63,282 nt of DNA, filler included, from Acidimicrobiia bacterium (GCA_041619515.1; 3 parts of 3 records of this genome joined end to end with filler, not necessarily neighbours in it), one strand, 5' to 3'. Numbered from the whole stretch's first letter, positions 28,743 through 39,689 are shown. Translations and numbers: made by a program. The notes: generated by a model not told the origin, from the letters alone.

Positions 28743-29617
28743 CCGAGACCCTGGCCTCGATGCGTGCCGTCGTGCTCGACGCGCCCGGGCCGCCCGAGGC
28801 GCTGCAGATTCGTGATGTCCCGGTACCCGTGCCGATGCCCGGGCAGGTGCTGATCAAAGTCGAGGCGTTCGGACTCAACCGGTCCGAGTTGCACACGCGC
28901 CTTGGTCTTTCCGAAGGTGTCGTCTTCCCCCGGGTGCTCGGTATCGAGGCGACGGGGGTGGTGGTCGACTGTCCCGGCGGCGAACTCGAGCGTGGCTCGC
29001 AGGTCGCCGCCATGATGGGCGGCATGGGTCGCACCTTCGACGGTGGGTACGCCGAGTACACCTGTGTGCCCGTGACCCAAACGATCCCGTTCACGAGTGC
29101 CCTCGACTGGGCCACCCTCGGCGCCGTGCCCGAGATGCTGCAGACCTCCTACGGTTCCCTGACGGTTGGCCTCGACGCCCAACCCGGGCAGTCGATTCTG
29201 ATCCGCGGTGGCACCTCGTCGGTCGGGATGGCGACTGCCGTGCTCGCCCGCCGCCTCGGCATGACCGTGTTCTCGACCACCCGCAACCCCGACCGCGCCG
29301 ACGTCCTTCGCGAGGTCGGGGTGCAGCACCCGCTGGTGGACGATGGTGATGTTGCCGCTCAGGTCCGCAGCCTCATCCCCGACGGGGTAGACGCTGCGCT
29401 CGAGCTCGTCGGGACGCCCACCTTGCCCGACACACTCCGGGCGACACGGGTGCATGGCGTGGTGTGCTTCACCGGGATGTTGTCGAACCAGTGGACGGTG
29501 CGCGACTTCTACCCGATCGAGTACCTCCCGCGCGGGGTGCGGCTGACGGCCTACGGCGGCGACGCAAGCGATCTCCCGCCCGCCGTGTTGCAGGAGTTCC
29601 TCGACGAGGCTGCGGCG
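28739..29617 (+). CDS. MDR superfamily NADPH:quinone reductase/zinc-binding ADH-like protein, truncated by contig end
   Basis: LIKVEAFGLNRSE, VLGIEATG, GGYAEY, IRGGTSSVG; ATGA overlap with marR. Confidence 0.9.
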
Positions 29618-29717
29618 NNNNNNNNNNNNNNNNNNNNNNNNNNNNNNNNNNNNNNNNNNNNTTAATTAATTAANNNNNNNNNNNNNNNNNNNNNNNNNNN
29701 NNNNNNNNNNNNNNNNN
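29618..29717. other. Artificial contig linker (N44-TTAATTAATTAA-N44)
   Basis: Exactly 100 nt with a six-frame stop cassette; genes on both sides are cut mid-frame. Confidence 0.97.
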
Positions 29718-30113
29718 ATCGAGCGCCAGGTGGGATCCGCGCCCTTTGCCGGCCTGTACCTCGCCTCGGCGCTGCTCGGCAGCGTCGCCTTCGCCGCTTT
29801 CAACACCAGTCCGGCGGTGGGTGCCTCGGGTGCCGTCTTCGGGTTGTTCGGGGCATGGCTGGCCTCGTCGTGGCGCGGTCGACGCACGGCCGCCGGACGA
29901 GCCCAGCTCCAGAGCATCGGCGTCATCCTGGGGATCAACCTGCTGCTCCCCCTGGCCGTGCCCCGCATCGCCTGGGAGGCTCACGTCGGAGGATTGATTG
30001 CAGGCTTCTTGATCGCGTTGGCCTGGACCCAGATCGCTCGCGACGAGCGGACCCGCAGCATGATCGCCTTCGCGGTGGCCGCAGTTGCCATGGTGCTCGG
30101 CATCCTCGTCTGA
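29718..30113 (+). CDS. Rhomboid intramembrane serine protease, C-terminal part
   Basis: VGASGAVFGLFG and IAWEAHVGG catalytic motifs; 5' end lost in the gap. Confidence 0.9.
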   Translation: MERQVGSAPFAGLYLASALLGSVAFAAFNTSPAVGASGAVFGLFGAWLASSWRGRRTAAGRAQLQSIGVILGINLLLPLAVPRIAWEAHVGGLIAGFLIALAWTQIARDERTRSMIAFAVAAVAMVLGILV

Positions 30114-30149
30114 GGGGCTAGCTTCTGTGCTCAACCAAAGGAGCACAGC

Positions 30150-30368
30150 ATGAGCGATTACATTGCCAAAGGGGCGATCAAGGTCATCGAAGTGATCGGT
30201 GTCTCGGAGAAGAGCTGGGAAGACGCGGTCGGCCAGGCGGTTTCCAAGGCATCCGAGAGCGTCAAGGGCATAACGGGAGTCGAAGTGGTCGCCCAGACTG
30301 CCCGGGTATCGGACGGCAAGGTCATCCAGTACAACGCCACCGTCAAGTTGGCGTTCGTGGTGGCGTAG
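30150..30368 (+). CDS. Dodecin family protein
   Basis: KVIEVIGVSEKSWEDAV..AVSKASESV...YNATVKLAF; SD AAGGAG. Confidence 0.92.
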   Translation: MSDYIAKGAIKVIEVIGVSEKSWEDAVGQAVSKASESVKGITGVEVVAQTARVSDGKVIQYNATVKLAFVVA

Positions 30369-30442
30369 GCGGAACCACCCTGCCTTCGTCACGCACGGTG
30401 GTGAGTTGCTAGGTTCGGGGACTCACCACAAAGGGGACTTGC

Positions 30443-32701
30443 ATGTTGGCTGTTCGGACCAGGACCACTTCCGTCTTCGTCGTGCTGGCGATGATCGCAG
30501 CCTTGATGCTGCTCGCCGTTCCGCGAGCGAGAGCGGCGACCACAGGCCAGTACGCAAACGGGTGGTCGGTGAACAACAACGCCGACTGGACGCCGTTTCC
30601 GCCGAGTCCCAACCCGCTCGGCCCGCCCGACAACAACTGCACCGGTGGCGTGATCCCCGGGGCGTGGGCCGAGTTCACTTTCGGGGGATTCGGCCTGTCG
30701 GGCAGCGACACGGTGACGGGTATCGAGGTGAGCGTCAAATATCGCTCCTCGGGCACCCACAGCCTGCAATTGAAAAACGGGGGCGTCAACGTGGGCACCT
30801 CCAAGACGCTGGCCGCGTCTCCCGTCGCCTCGTTCTGCAGCAGTACTGCCATAGTGACGGCTGGAGGCGCCGGGGATACCTGGGGCAGCGGCCTGACGAC
30901 GGCCGACTTCAATGCGGGCACCGTCTCGGTGCGCCTCACCGAGGGACCCTCAAACCTCGATCTCGACTCGATCGAGCTGATCGTGCACTTCACGCCCGGA
31001 GGCGACACCCCGCCCACCGCCGATGCCGGCGGGACCTACACCGGCATCGAAGGCGCCCCCATTGCCGTCAGCGGCATCGGATCCACCGACGACAACGGCA
31101 TCACCACCTACGAATGGGATTGCCTGAACGACGGCACCTTCGAGTTCAGCTCGGCTAGCCCGACTGGAAACAGCTGCACCTACGCCGACGACGGCTCGTA
31201 CACCGTGGCACTGCGGGTGACCGACACCATCGGGCAGCAGGACACGGATACCGCGGCGGTGACGGTGAGCAACGTGGCGCCGGCCATCACCTCGATAACG
31301 GTGAGCCCGGCTTCGCTCGACGAGGGCAACTCGGTGAGCGTCACCGGCACCTTCGTCGACCCGGCGCTCGCCAGCGAGACCCACTCGGGCTCCGCCCTGT
31401 GGAGCGACGGTGAAACCACGCCCCTGTCGGTGGGCTCGGGCACGTTCGCCACCTCACGGACCTTCCCAGACGACCATCCCGCCACCGCCACCGTGCTGGA
31501 CACCTTCACGGTGGTGATCACGATCAACGACGGTGACGGCGGAAGCGACAGCGCGACGTCGCCGGACGTCACGGTCAGGAACGTGGCGCCGACCATCGAC
31601 TCGCTGAGCATCACCTCGCCCATCGACGAGGACGACACCGCCACCCTGAGCGGCACGTTCAGCGACCCGGCACTGGGCGTGGCGACCGAGATCTTCGTGC
31701 TCGACATCGACTGGGACGGTGACACCGTCTTCGACGAGACGGTGGCGGTGACCGGCGGCTCGTTCAGCGTGGCGCACCAGTACCTGGACGACGATCCGAC
31801 CGGCACCCCGGCCGACACGTTCAATGTCAACGTCCGGCTCGGTGACGATGATCTCGGGGCCGCCACCGGTTTTGTGGTACTGACCGTCGACAACGTGGCT
31901 CCGGTCATCACGTCGGCGGTCAGCGATGCCACCTTCGCCGACAAAGCGGAGGAGGGTGAGACGGTGACGGTTTCGGGCACGTTCACCGATACCGGGACCC
32001 TCGACACCCATGTCGCCGCCGTCGACTGGGGTGACGGCACCATCACGCCGGCCACCGTGGTGCAGGGCGCCGGCAGCGGCACGTTCTCGGCCAGCCACGC
32101 CTACGCCGTCGGCGGTGTGTTCACCGTCACGGTGACGCTGATCGACGACGACACCGGCGCCGACGCCGAAACCACCACCGCGGTGGTGACCGGGGTCGGT
32201 GTCAACGGCGGCGTTCTTCAGGTCGTCGGCACTGCCGGCGATGACCACGTTCACGTCAAGACGGTGCAGGACGAGATCGACGTCAAGGCGAGCTTCACCA
32301 GCCCGCGCCATCGTCGTTTCGACGCTTCGTCGATCACCTCGGTCGAGATCTGGCTGTGCGAAGGGAACGACCACGGAAACGTCCACCAGAACATCACGAT
32401 CCCGGCCACGATCCACGGCGGCGACGGCAACGACACGTTGTGGGGCGGGAGCGCCGACGACTCGATGTTCGGTGACGACGGCAACGACCGGCTGTGGGGC
32501 CGCAACGGCGACGACCTGCTCGACGGAGGTGATGGCGACGATCGGCTCGACGGCGGGAAGGGCGACGACGATCTCCTCGGCCAAGCCGGCGACGACAAGC
32601 TGTTCGGCCGAGACGGCGACGACTTCCTCGACGGGGGCGCCGACACCGACTTCTGCAAGCCGGGGCCGGGAACCGACACGGTGGTCAATTGTGAGACGTA
32701 G
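30443..32701 (+). CDS. Secreted PKD-repeat protein with C-terminal RTX-like Ca-binding nonapeptides
   Basis: Sec-type signal (…PRARAA); PKD-like units (NVAP, DWGDGT, HAYAVGGVFTVTVT); GGxGxD repeats. Confidence 0.88.
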   Translation: MLAVRTRTTSVFVVLAMIAALMLLAVPRARAATTGQYANGWSVNNNADWTPFPPSPNPLGPPDNNCTGGVIPGAWAEFTFGGFGLSGSDTVTGIEVSVKYRSSGTHSLQLKNGGVNVGTSKTLAASPVASFCSSTAIVTAGGAGDTWGSGLTTADFNAGTVSVRLTEGPSNLDLDSIELIVHFTPGGDTPPTADAGGTYTGIEGAPIAVSGIGSTDDNGITTYEWDCLNDGTFEFSSASPTGNSCTYADDGSYTVALRVTDTIGQQDTDTAAVTVSNVAPAITSITVSPASLDEGNSVSVTGTFVDPALASETHSGSALWSDGETTPLSVGSGTFATSRTFPDDHPATATVLDTFTVVITINDGDGGSDSATSPDVTVRNVAPTIDSLSITSPIDEDDTATLSGTFSDPALGVATEIFVLDIDWDGDTVFDETVAVTGGSFSVAHQYLDDDPTGTPADTFNVNVRLGDDDLGAATGFVVLTVDNVAPVITSAVSDATFADKAEEGETVTVSGTFTDTGTLDTHVAAVDWGDGTITPATVVQGAGSGTFSASHAYAVGGVFTVTVTLIDDDTGADAETTTAVVTGVGVNGGVLQVVGTAGDDHVHVKTVQDEIDVKASFTSPRHRRFDASSITSVEIWLCEGNDHGNVHQNITIPATIHGGDGNDTLWGGSADDSMFGDDGNDRLWGRNGDDLLDGGDGDDRLDGGKGDDDLLGQAGDDKLFGRDGDDFLDGGADTDFCKPGPGTDTVVNCET
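32417..32659 (+). repeat. Nine tandem 27-nt coding repeats (RTX-like nonapeptides)
   Basis: GGDGNDTLW, GGSADDSMF, GDDGNDRLW, GRNGDDLLD, GGDGDDRLD, GGKGDDDLL, GQAGDDKLF, GRDGDDFLD, GGADTDFCK. Confidence 0.85.
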
Positions 32702-32791
32702 AGCCCTCTAGAGAGGGCAGCTCCGCCGATCCGGCGTCACCCAAACGGCGTGTCCGCTCGTCTGTAGTAGCAACCGCCGTCTGGAGGCCTC

Positions 32792-33202
32792 ATGAGTCGA
32801 TTGTGGAACGCGCCGTGGTTGGTGGCAGGAGCCGCCCTTCTGGCCGGGCTTGAACTGTTTGTCGCGGTCGGGATCTGGGTCGACCGGTTCACCGAGGACA
32901 GCGTCGCGCTGTACGAAGGGACCACGGTTCGAGTGCCGTCGGAGACCGGACCGCTGTACGGAGATCTTCTCCTCACCGGCTTGATCGCCGGCGCAGCGCT
33001 GGCCGTCATCGCCGGCCTGTATCTCCGATCACGGCGGCCCGTTGTCGCCCACCGGCTGATCGTGGGCGGCCTGATTCCGGCAGCCCTGAGCGGGCTCGTT
33101 TTCTGGTGGTTTCCACCGTTCTGGATCGCCAGCGTCGTAGCCGTCGCCGTCATGATCGGAGTCAGCCTGAAGCCGAGGACCACCGAGCCCGTCCGGGCAT
33201 GA
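32792..33202 (+). CDS. Hypothetical membrane protein
   Basis: SD GGAGG; about 4 hydrophobic helices; ATGA-coupled to the next gene. Confidence 0.75.
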   Translation: MSRLWNAPWLVAGAALLAGLELFVAVGIWVDRFTEDSVALYEGTTVRVPSETGPLYGDLLLTGLIAGAALAVIAGLYLRSRRPVVAHRLIVGGLIPAALSGLVFWWFPPFWIASVVAVAVMIGVSLKPRTTEPVRA

Positions 33203-34044
33203 GCGCACAGCTCGAGTCCGGCCCATCAGGTCGGCCCGAGGCACGATCGGTGCCGACTCGTTTCATGGAACTCGTCCGGCACGCGGTCATCGTCGGCCTC
33301 GCAGGCGTGATCACCGGGGTTATCGTCGGAGGAATCGGCGGCCGGGTCCTGATGCGCATCGCGGCGGTCGCCGCTCCCGATCGGGTCATCGGTGCCACGA
33401 CCGAAAACGGGAATCGGATCGGGGACATCACGGTCGGAGGGACGCTGGCACTGGTCGTCTTCGTGGGCATCCTCTCCGGCCTCGTCGGAGCCATTGCCTA
33501 TCTCATCTCGGAGCCGTGGCTGGCCTGGGCCGGCCGGTGGCGAGGCCTGGTGTTCGGTGGCGTCCTCCTCGCTATCGGGGGCTTCGGAGCGTTCGACTCG
33601 AAGAACTTCGACTTCTTCCTCGTCGGCAACCAGGAGCTCACCGTCGGCATGTTCGTGGCGCTGTTCCTCGGTTTCGGGGCCCTCCTCGTCCTCGTGACAT
33701 CCCGCCTGGAGCACCGGCTCCCGGGAATCGACCCCGATCGGCCGGTCGCGGGCAGCATCCCCTATCTCGTGCTGGGCGCCTTCGGGCTGCAGTTCGTCCT
33801 GTTGTTCTTCGTCCAGTTCTTCGTCGACGACGCCGCCGCCGGGGAAGCCCCCGTACTCACTGGGGTTCTGGTCGGCGGCGCCGCGCTCGCCACCGCGCTC
33901 ACCTTGGCGGGCCGGGTGTGGAGACGCGGTCCGAGCTGGGCCGCCCGGGCGCTGCAATTGAGCGGCTACGGCTTTCTGGCCGGCGCGGTGGCTGCCGGCG
34001 GAACACGGGTCGCAGGCGAAATCAACTCGATACTGGCGCTGTAA
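33199..34044 (+). CDS. Hypothetical multi-pass membrane protein
   Basis: About 7 TM segments; GGIGGRVLMR...TTENGNRIGDIT; start overlaps the upstream stop. Confidence 0.78.
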   Translation: MSAQLESGPSGRPEARSVPTRFMELVRHAVIVGLAGVITGVIVGGIGGRVLMRIAAVAAPDRVIGATTENGNRIGDITVGGTLALVVFVGILSGLVGAIAYLISEPWLAWAGRWRGLVFGGVLLAIGGFGAFDSKNFDFFLVGNQELTVGMFVALFLGFGALLVLVTSRLEHRLPGIDPDRPVAGSIPYLVLGAFGLQFVLLFFVQFFVDDAAAGEAPVLTGVLVGGAALATALTLAGRVWRRGPSWAARALQLSGYGFLAGAVAAGGTRVAGEINSILAL

Positions 34045-34048
34045 CGGC

Positions 34049-36244
34049 CTACTCGAAGGTTCCGCTCACCGGCATCGAGGTCGAGGCGCCCATGGCGACG
34101 ATCTGGTTGGCAACCATCTGTCCGATCTCGTTGGCCAGGTAGAACTTCGCTTCCGAGGGCCGGAAGATGCCGAAGGTGTCATCGCCGTCGCCGTCCCAGT
34201 CGCCCACGACGAACCGGTCTCCGGCGACCCCGAAGAACGATTCGAAATCGGCAACTTTGGTCGTGTTCTCGTTGGTGATGTAGACGAACCCGTTCGAGGG
34301 CCGGTACATGCCGACCGTGTCGATCCCGTCTCCGTCCCAATCCCCGGCAAAGGGGATGTCACCGAAGGTTCCAAAGTAGAAGCTGGTATCGGCGGGGCCG
34401 ACGGTATTGGAGTTGTTGAGATAGAACCTGGCGCTCCCCGGCCGGAAGATCCCCACGGTGTCCTTGCCGTCTCCGTCCCAATCACCGCAGATCGGATAGT
34501 CGGAGGGAATGCCGTAGAAGAACTCGATGTCGGCGGTACCGAAGTCGTTGCTGTAGCGCAGGTACATGTATCCGTTGTCCCGGCGGTAGAGGCCAGGGGT
34601 GTCGATGCCGTTGCCGTCCCAGTCACACATCATGGGGACATCGGACGGGACTCCGTAATAGAACGAATCGCTGGTGCCGTCGGGCATCCGCAGCGTCCAA
34701 ACACCCGAGCCCGGCTCTTGGTAGGCCACCCGATCCCCGCCCGGGTCGTCCAAGCGGGCATAGCCCCAGCCGAAGGTGCTGTTCTTGCCGGCGCCGTCGG
34801 CGAGCTGGCCCAGCTCCCGACGCACGTCGATGGGCGTCGACTCCGGATACTTGTTCAGATAGAGCGCCACGAGCCCGGTTACGAAGGGGGCGGAGGCAGA
34901 GGTGCCTGCGAACCCACCGACGTAGGTGCTGGTGGTCACGCCGTCGGGACCGACCAGATCCGGCTTGACCCTCCCGTCGGCGGTGGGGCCCCGGCTGGAG
35001 AAGGGCTCGATCGTCGAAGGATCGTCGTAGGGCACCGCACCGACCGATATCACCCGTTCGGCGGTTGCCGGGACGAGCAGGCTGGATTCCGGGGTCTGGA
35101 GGCCGAGATCCTCGACCACATTCGCGAACACGTCGAAGTGGGTGCCGGTCACCGGATTGAGCGGATCGCCACCGATCGAAAAGCCAAACCGGTGCCTGGC
35201 GCGATGCGTGTTGACCCAGTCGATCACCTCGAGCGGCTGGTCCCACGAGTTTGACTGCAATCCTTCGGAGCAGTCGAGCTGCTCGATTCCGCCGCCGCTG
35301 GGGTCCAGATCCCACAGGCACAGGTCGAGGTCGCGGGTGGGTTCGGTCCAGTTGAGAACGACCTGAAACGGGTCGCCCGCTCCCACGTAGAAATCGTTGA
35401 TCTCGACCGTCCCCGACAACTCGGACCACCCGTCGCCGTCCTGATCCCGATAGCCGGAGGCGAAATGCTGCTCGGCCTCATTTCCGGCCGCATTCACCCA
35501 GACAATTCCTGCGTCGATGGCACGGTTGGCGGCGGCATCCTGGACGGCGGTTCCGTCGAAGGGACCGACCGACCATCCTCCCGAGAGATTGATGACATCG
35601 ACACCTTCGGCGATGAAGAAGTCGACGGCATCATCGAGGTGGTCGGCATCGGCATTCACCAAGACGAGGTCGGCGCCGGGAGCCACGTCGTGGACGATTT
35701 CGGCTACCGCAGTCCCGTGCCGATTGAGGCCGCGCTCCAGGCCGTCGAAATGGAAGCTCGCCGTGGTCACCGTCGGCGGGAGCTCGCGACCGAGCAGGTC
35801 GCGGTAGCCGGTGAAGGAGCTGTCGAGAATCCCGATCGTGATGCCGTTTCCGGTCCAGCCGGCCCCGTGCCACGCCTCGACTTCGCTGCCAACCACTCCC
35901 TCTGAGATTTCCCCCGCCTCCCACATCTCGACCACGGGCTCGAGCCGCGCCACCACTCCCGACTCGAGAAGCGACCGCAGCTCGTCGGCCGAACCCGTGA
36001 GCAAACCGGAGGGGAGGCCGTCCGACGCCGCCGCCGCCCGAAAGGCTCCGACGGCACCCCAGACGGCCCGGGCGGTGATCTCGACGTCGGGATGGGCGGC
36101 ACCCAGGAAGTCGCCGGCGCCGGCAACCTGCTTCTCGCCTCGAGGCTCGTCGAGACTCAGCGGATCGGCGGCAGTGGCGACCGGGACCGCCGTGCCGACG
36201 GCGAACATCAGGGCGCAGACAAAGACCAGAAGGGCGCGGGACAC
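34049..36244 (-). CDS. Secreted S8 (subtilisin-like) serine peptidase with C-terminal FG-GAP-like repeat module
   Basis: Triad motifs IGILDS, HGTAVAE, GTSASAP; NAAGNE; FSSRGPTADGRVKPDLVGP; four (G/C)DWDGxG repeats; CATACT 6 nt before GTG 36244. Confidence 0.9.
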   Translation of the reverse strand: MSRALLVFVCALMFAVGTAVPVATAADPLSLDEPRGEKQVAGAGDFLGAAHPDVEITARAVWGAVGAFRAAAASDGLPSGLLTGSADELRSLLESGVVARLEPVVEMWEAGEISEGVVGSEVEAWHGAGWTGNGITIGILDSSFTGYRDLLGRELPPTVTTASFHFDGLERGLNRHGTAVAEIVHDVAPGADLVLVNADADHLDDAVDFFIAEGVDVINLSGGWSVGPFDGTAVQDAAANRAIDAGIVWVNAAGNEAEQHFASGYRDQDGDGWSELSGTVEINDFYVGAGDPFQVVLNWTEPTRDLDLCLWDLDPSGGGIEQLDCSEGLQSNSWDQPLEVIDWVNTHRARHRFGFSIGGDPLNPVTGTHFDVFANVVEDLGLQTPESSLLVPATAERVISVGAVPYDDPSTIEPFSSRGPTADGRVKPDLVGPDGVTTSTYVGGFAGTSASAPFVTGLVALYLNKYPESTPIDVRRELGQLADGAGKNSTFGWGYARLDDPGGDRVAYQEPGSGVWTLRMPDGTSDSFYYGVPSDVPMMCDWDGNGIDTPGLYRRDNGYMYLRYSNDFGTADIEFFYGIPSDYPICGDWDGDGKDTVGIFRPGSARFYLNNSNTVGPADTSFYFGTFGDIPFAGDWDGDGIDTVGMYRPSNGFVYITNENTTKVADFESFFGVAGDRFVVGDWDGDGDDTFGIFRPSEAKFYLANEIGQMVANQIVAMGASTSMPVSGTFE

Positions 36245-36296
36245 GCGCAAAGTATGCCACCTCCCGCGATTCATGCATCCGCCGGGCGGGTCCGCT

Positions 36297-39200
36297 TCAG
36301 GCGGCCCTGAGGGCGGTGAGCTCGGGCTCGAGCCGGGCAAAGGCGTCGAGGAAGTGTTCCCATGCACCGGCCGTTCCGGGCCGGTCACCGGCCCGGGCCA
36401 TCGCCTCCACCTCGGCGGCCGCCGCCGAAGCCGTCTGGGCGCCGAAGGTGGCCAGGTTGCCTCTGACCCGGTGGGCGGCGCTCGCCACCGCCTCCAGGTC
36501 ACCTTCTTCGAGCCCGGCCGCAATGGCGTCGGCCGCCGCCGGATACTCCTCTACGAACAGACCGACCATCTCCGCCAGCAGCTCGCGGTTTCCCTCTACG
36601 CGTTCCAGCGCGGCCCGGCGATCCAGCGCCGCCCGGTCGGGCGAGGCCACGTCTTCGGCCGTACTCTCCGCCGGCTCCGGAGGGCGAGCCAGGCTCGCCA
36701 TGGTGGCGAATAGCTCGTCGGCATTGAAGGGCTTGGACACGTAGGCGTCCATCCCGGCCTGCAGGCAGCGCTCGCGATCACCATCCATCGCATGGGCAGT
36801 GAGCGCAATGATCGGTATGCGATGTTCTCCAATGCCTGCCTCGCGTTCCCTGATCACCCCGGTGGCCTCGAGCCCGTCACACTCGGGCATGGATACGTCC
36901 ATGAGAATCAGATCCAGCTCGCCCTTCTCCCACTCCGCCACCGCCTCGTACCCGTCGTTGGCGGTAACGACGGTGTGGCCCCGCTTGACGAGCAGGCTCT
37001 TGGCGAGATGCCGGTTGGTGGGGCTGTCGTCGGCTACCAGCACGTGGAAGCGGCGGCGCCGCTCACGCAGCCAGTGCCTGGTCACGAGCTCGCTTCTGCG
37101 GCTGTCGCGCGATAATGCCGCGGCGGCCCGAATCGCTTCCAAGATCTCGCCCTGCTCGAGTGGTTTGGTGAGGTAGGCCGCCGCTCCCAGATCGCGAAAC
37201 TCGGCTGCTTCACCACGCCGACCGGTGGAGGTCAGGACCAGGAGCGGTATCCCGGACAGGGACGGGTTGGCCGAAATCGCAGCCACCTCCCCGGCGCCGT
37301 CCCCGGTGACATCGAGAACGATGGCCTGCGGGGGGAAGCCGCGTTCGAGGGCGCCGGAGAGGGCGTGCAGCGCGGCCGGGATGTCCGGGACCGGAAGGGG
37401 GGTGGTACCGGCCTGCCGGAGCATCTCGGCCACGCTGCGTCGCTCGGCCGGCACCGCCGACACCAGCAGAACAAGCTGATCGGCGCCGTGGGCACCGAGC
37501 GACAACTGAAGGTCCGACTGATCCCGCATCGCGGTCAGACGGACGACAAAATGGAATGTGCTCCCGTGTCCCGGTGTGCTCTCCACCCAGATCCGGCCAC
37601 CCATCTTCTCGACCAGCTGTCTGGCGATCGAGAGGCCGAGCCCGGTTCCCCCGTAGCGGCGGGTGGTGGAGCCGTCTGCCTGCGAGAACACGTCGAAGAT
37701 CTGTGTTTGCTTGTCGGTGGGAATCCCGATGCCGGTGTCCGAAACGGTGAAATGAATCGTTGCCTGGTGGTCCGTCCCGACATCCTCCAGAGCCGCTTCG
37801 ATCGCGACTTCTCCGACGTGGGTGAACTTGATGGCGTTCGAGACCAGGTTGTAGAGCACCTGGCGCAAGCGGCCGGGGTCGCCGACGACCCCGTCCAGGA
37901 CCTCGCTATCGAGGGAATGGCGGAGCTGAAGACCCTTCTCCGCCGCCCGCACCGCCAGGGTCCTGACGGTGTCGCCCACGGTGTCGGACAAACTGAAAGG
38001 TATGTGCTCGAGTTCGAGGCGCCCGGCCTCGATCTTCGAGAGGTCGAGCACGTCGTTGATGAGTGTCAGCAGCCCGTCGACCGCAGACTTGACCGTCCCC
38101 AGATACTCTCGCTGCTCCGGCGTCAGCTCGGTCGAGAGCGTGAGGTCGGTCATGCCGACAATGGCGTTCATCGGCGTGCGAATCTCGTGGCTCATGGCGG
38201 CGAGGAATTGCGATTTGGCTTCGGTTGCCTTCTCGGCCGCCTCCTTGGCGGCCTGCAATTCGGCGGCGGCTCGTTTGCGGAAGGTGACGTCGCGTGACGA
38301 GGTCTGAATCTCGACCACCTCGGCGGTCTCCGGGTCGAGTAGGTCATGGCTGGTGGCCTCGACCCAGCGGTAGTCGCCGGGCTTGCGGCGGATTCGGTAC
38401 TGGATGGTGCGCACGTCCGGGAGGTTGTGGTGGATCCCGGGTGATGCTGCAACGGCATCCCGGTCCTCCGGGTGGATGTAGTCCATGAGCCGTCTGCCGA
38501 CGAGCTCGGCGGGCTCGTAGCCCAGCAGGCTGCGAGCGGCGGGCGAAACGTAGACGAAGGTTCCGTCGGGGGCGAGTCGGGTGATGAGGTCGGTCGAGTT
38601 CTCGGCCATCACTCGGAACTCCCGCTCGCTGTCGCCGAGAGCCTCGAGAGCGGCTGCCAGCTCACGTTGTGCCTCCCGGGCCGCGGTGACATCGAGGACG
38701 GCGACGATGGTCTTGCCGAGGTCGAGGCCTTCGAAGTTGGTGCCCGTCTGCCAGTGGAGGACTCCGTCCCAGCGGCGCCCCCTGGAGGAGAAGCCGACGA
38801 ACTCGGTGGAGTCCCGGCTCCGCCCCTCCCAGATCGCCAGGAGCTGTGACCGGTACGCCACCGTGGACTCGGCGGCCGACAGCTCGACGTGGCCGAGGAG
38901 CTGGTGGCGACTGTCTGCCTCGACGAGATCCACCGCGGCCTGGTTGGCATCGGTCACTTTGATGCGCCCGATCGCCGCTGCCAGCTGCTCGGGATTCGCG
39001 TCCAGGAAAGCAGCGAGGTCGTCGGTGCCCGCGTCTCGCATCTGCGCCAGCCACTCTCCGACCTCGGTGAAGTCCTCTTCCCACAGAGCGATCGGGGCCA
39101 TGTCGAACAGGAGCTGATAGCGGCTCCCGGCCGATCCCACCGCATGCTTGATGGAGTTCAGTGCAAAGACGGCGACGAGGAAAACGGCCAACTGGATGGC

Positions 39201-39689
39201 CAGGCCGAAGATGTTCTGTTCTTGTCCGCTTGCCTGGATCTCGTCCCCCTGCAGGAACGCATCGTTGAGAAGCACGAGCTCGACCGCCCACACCCCGGCG
39301 AGGAAGAACACGTAGGGCAGGAAGTAGCGTCGCTGCATGAACAGCGTCCCGATGGCGGCGAAGGCTGCGACCGCCACCATCATGGTGCCGACGACGGCAG
39401 TGGATTGCAGTGGGACGAGCGCCGACATGAGAGCGACGACGATCAGGACCAGAATGACCGGACGTGGAGTGCTGCGCAGGCGCTGCTGCCAGGCGAAGAT
39501 GCCGGTGGAGAACGAGACGGTCGCCGCCGCCGCCAAAGGAATGTCTGAGTTCATCCATGCCACCATGCCGAGCACGGGCGCGAAGGCGAGTGCCGTCCAC
39601 TGCACGAGGGTGACGAAGGCCCGCTCGGTGGCCGGTGGCAGCGGCCGGGCCCGATCGTCGCTTTCGTGAACCGCCGAGTGGGAGCTCAT
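36297..39689 (-). CDS. Hybrid sensor kinase (TM-PAS-PAS-HisKA-HATPase-REC-REC-Hpt)
   Basis: [60 protein letters not shown]; Hpt AAHRVRG. Confidence 0.93.
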   Translation of the reverse strand: MSSHSAVHESDDRARPLPPATERAFVTLVQWTALAFAPVLGMVAWMNSDIPLAAAATVSFSTGIFAWQQRLRSTPRPVILVLIVVALMSALVPLQSTAVVGTMMVAVAAFAAIGTLFMQRRYFLPYVFFLAGVWAVELVLLNDAFLQGDEIQASGQEQNIFGLAIQLAVFLVAVFALNSIKHAVGSAGSRYQLLFDMAPIALWEEDFTEVGEWLAQMRDAGTDDLAAFLDANPEQLAAAIGRIKVTDANQAAVDLVEADSRHQLLGHVELSAAESTVAYRSQLLAIWEGRSRDSTEFVGFSSRGRRWDGVLHWQTGTNFEGLDLGKTIVAVLDVTAAREAQRELAAALEALGDSEREFRVMAENSTDLITRLAPDGTFVYVSPAARSLLGYEPAELVGRRLMDYIHPEDRDAVAASPGIHHNLPDVRTIQYRIRRKPGDYRWVEATSHDLLDPETAEVVEIQTSSRDVTFRKRAAAELQAAKEAAEKATEAKSQFLAAMSHEIRTPMNAIVGMTDLTLSTELTPEQREYLGTVKSAVDGLLTLINDVLDLSKIEAGRLELEHIPFSLSDTVGDTVRTLAVRAAEKGLQLRHSLDSEVLDGVVGDPGRLRQVLYNLVSNAIKFTHVGEVAIEAALEDVGTDHQATIHFTVSDTGIGIPTDKQTQIFDVFSQADGSTTRRYGGTGLGLSIARQLVEKMGGRIWVESTPGHGSTFHFVVRLTAMRDQSDLQLSLGAHGADQLVLLVSAVPAERRSVAEMLRQAGTTPLPVPDIPAALHALSGALERGFPPQAIVLDVTGDGAGEVAAISANPSLSGIPLLVLTSTGRRGEAAEFRDLGAAAYLTKPLEQGEILEAIRAAAALSRDSRRSELVTRHWLRERRRRFHVLVADDSPTNRHLAKSLLVKRGHTVVTANDGYEAVAEWEKGELDLILMDVSMPECDGLEATGVIREREAGIGEHRIPIIALTAHAMDGDRERCLQAGMDAYVSKPFNADELFATMASLARPPEPAESTAEDVASPDRAALDRRAALERVEGNRELLAEMVGLFVEEYPAAADAIAAGLEEGDLEAVASAAHRVRGNLATFGAQTASAAAAEVEAMARAGDRPGTAGAWEHFLDAFARLEPELTALRAA

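Noticed and set aside
29618..29717. TTAATTAATTAA palindrome in N-runs, repeated at 59277-59376
   Set aside because: Artificial six-frame-stop contig spacer, not a biological repeat; the truncated MDR, rhomboid, mrpA and LLM genes are assembly breaks, not pseudogenes.
32417..32659. 27-nt periodic repeats as a CRISPR array
   Set aside because: Degenerate in-frame coding repeats without spacers; no cas genes. No CRISPR array was seen anywhere in the window.
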